This document shows, one piece after another, positions 63,858 to 64,000 of a stretch of DNA of 64,000 bases. Positions within the stretch are counted from its first letter, which is position 1. Every line of letters starts with the position of its first letter. The DNA comes from a virus (taxonomy: Duplodnaviria > Caudoviricetes): IMG/VR virus record IMGVR_UViG_3300005673_000057, positions 11,041 to 75,040 of that record; one strand, written 5' to 3'. The translations under genes were made by a program, and so were the position numbers. The notes beneath the pieces are model-generated. The model saw only the letters and a program-made list of their open reading frames with translations, did no database searches and had not been told where the DNA came from.

Positions 63858-64000
63858 GGTCGTGGCGTCCCATCTGACATACGGGTAATGGCCACATTCG
63901 ACCACATGACTATCTCTCTTAGTTGCCTGATAATATATGTCCTATCAGGACCTTCTGGCACGTAAAGGTTAATGTGTGCTAGAAACTGCCCAGCCGCCTC
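63854..64000 (-). CDS. Acb2/Tad1-like anti-defence protein, C-terminal part (5' truncated)
   Basis: Manual translation ...HINLYVPEGPDRTYIIRQLREIVMWSNVAITRMSDGTPRP*; the stop overlaps the next ATG (ATGA). Confidence 0.55.
   Translation of the reverse strand, partial: EAAGQFLAHINLYVPEGPDRTYIIRQLREIVMWSNVAITRMSDGTPRP

Noticed and set aside
1-64000. CRISPR array, rRNA, retron/DGR reverse transcriptase, IS transposase
   Set aside because: No regularly spaced repeat-spacer units, rRNA-like sequence, RT motifs or transposase ORFs were seen.

Overview
This window is about 64 kb of a tailed dsDNA bacteriophage genome with a short-tailed, P22/podovirus-like morphogenesis module. The host is most likely an alphaproteobacterium (GcrA-like regulator). 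No host chromosomal sequence, CRISPR array, rRNA, tyrosine integrase, DNA polymerase or large terminase is recognisable. Layout: 1-30.7 kb (+) portal C-terminus, GroES, scaffold, capsid, Ser/Thr-rich virion proteins, fibres, adaptors, nozzle, ejection proteins and lysis; 30.6-35.4 kb (-) accessory/recombination genes; 35.4-42.4 kb (+) Cro, GcrA, RusA, MT-A70 methylase and a split primase-helicase; 42.4-50.5 kb (-) early genes with two AAA+ ATPases and a vWA-like partner; 50.6-51.6 kb (+) HNH and small terminase, then a candidate packaging region; 52-64 kb (-) accessory block with 2 tRNAs, MazG-like, SLOG, a serine recombinase cassette, nucleotide-sugar genes and a partial Acb2/Tad1-like gene. 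The most striking signal is a putative phage-encoded nonulosonic-acid (pseudaminic/sialic-acid-like) glycosylation system. It comprises PseB-like dehydratase, PseC-like aminotransferase and an SpsF-type cytidylyltransferase fused to a class III aminotransferase (58-64 kb), plus a CstII/Maf-like transferase placed in the head module next to very Ser/Thr-rich virion proteins (4-10 kb). The genome also carries about ten intact, broken or remnant homing-endonuclease-type genes. All family calls come from motif recognition by eye, with no database search. Several start sites were refined by hand and some short ORFs absent from the ORF track were translated manually.
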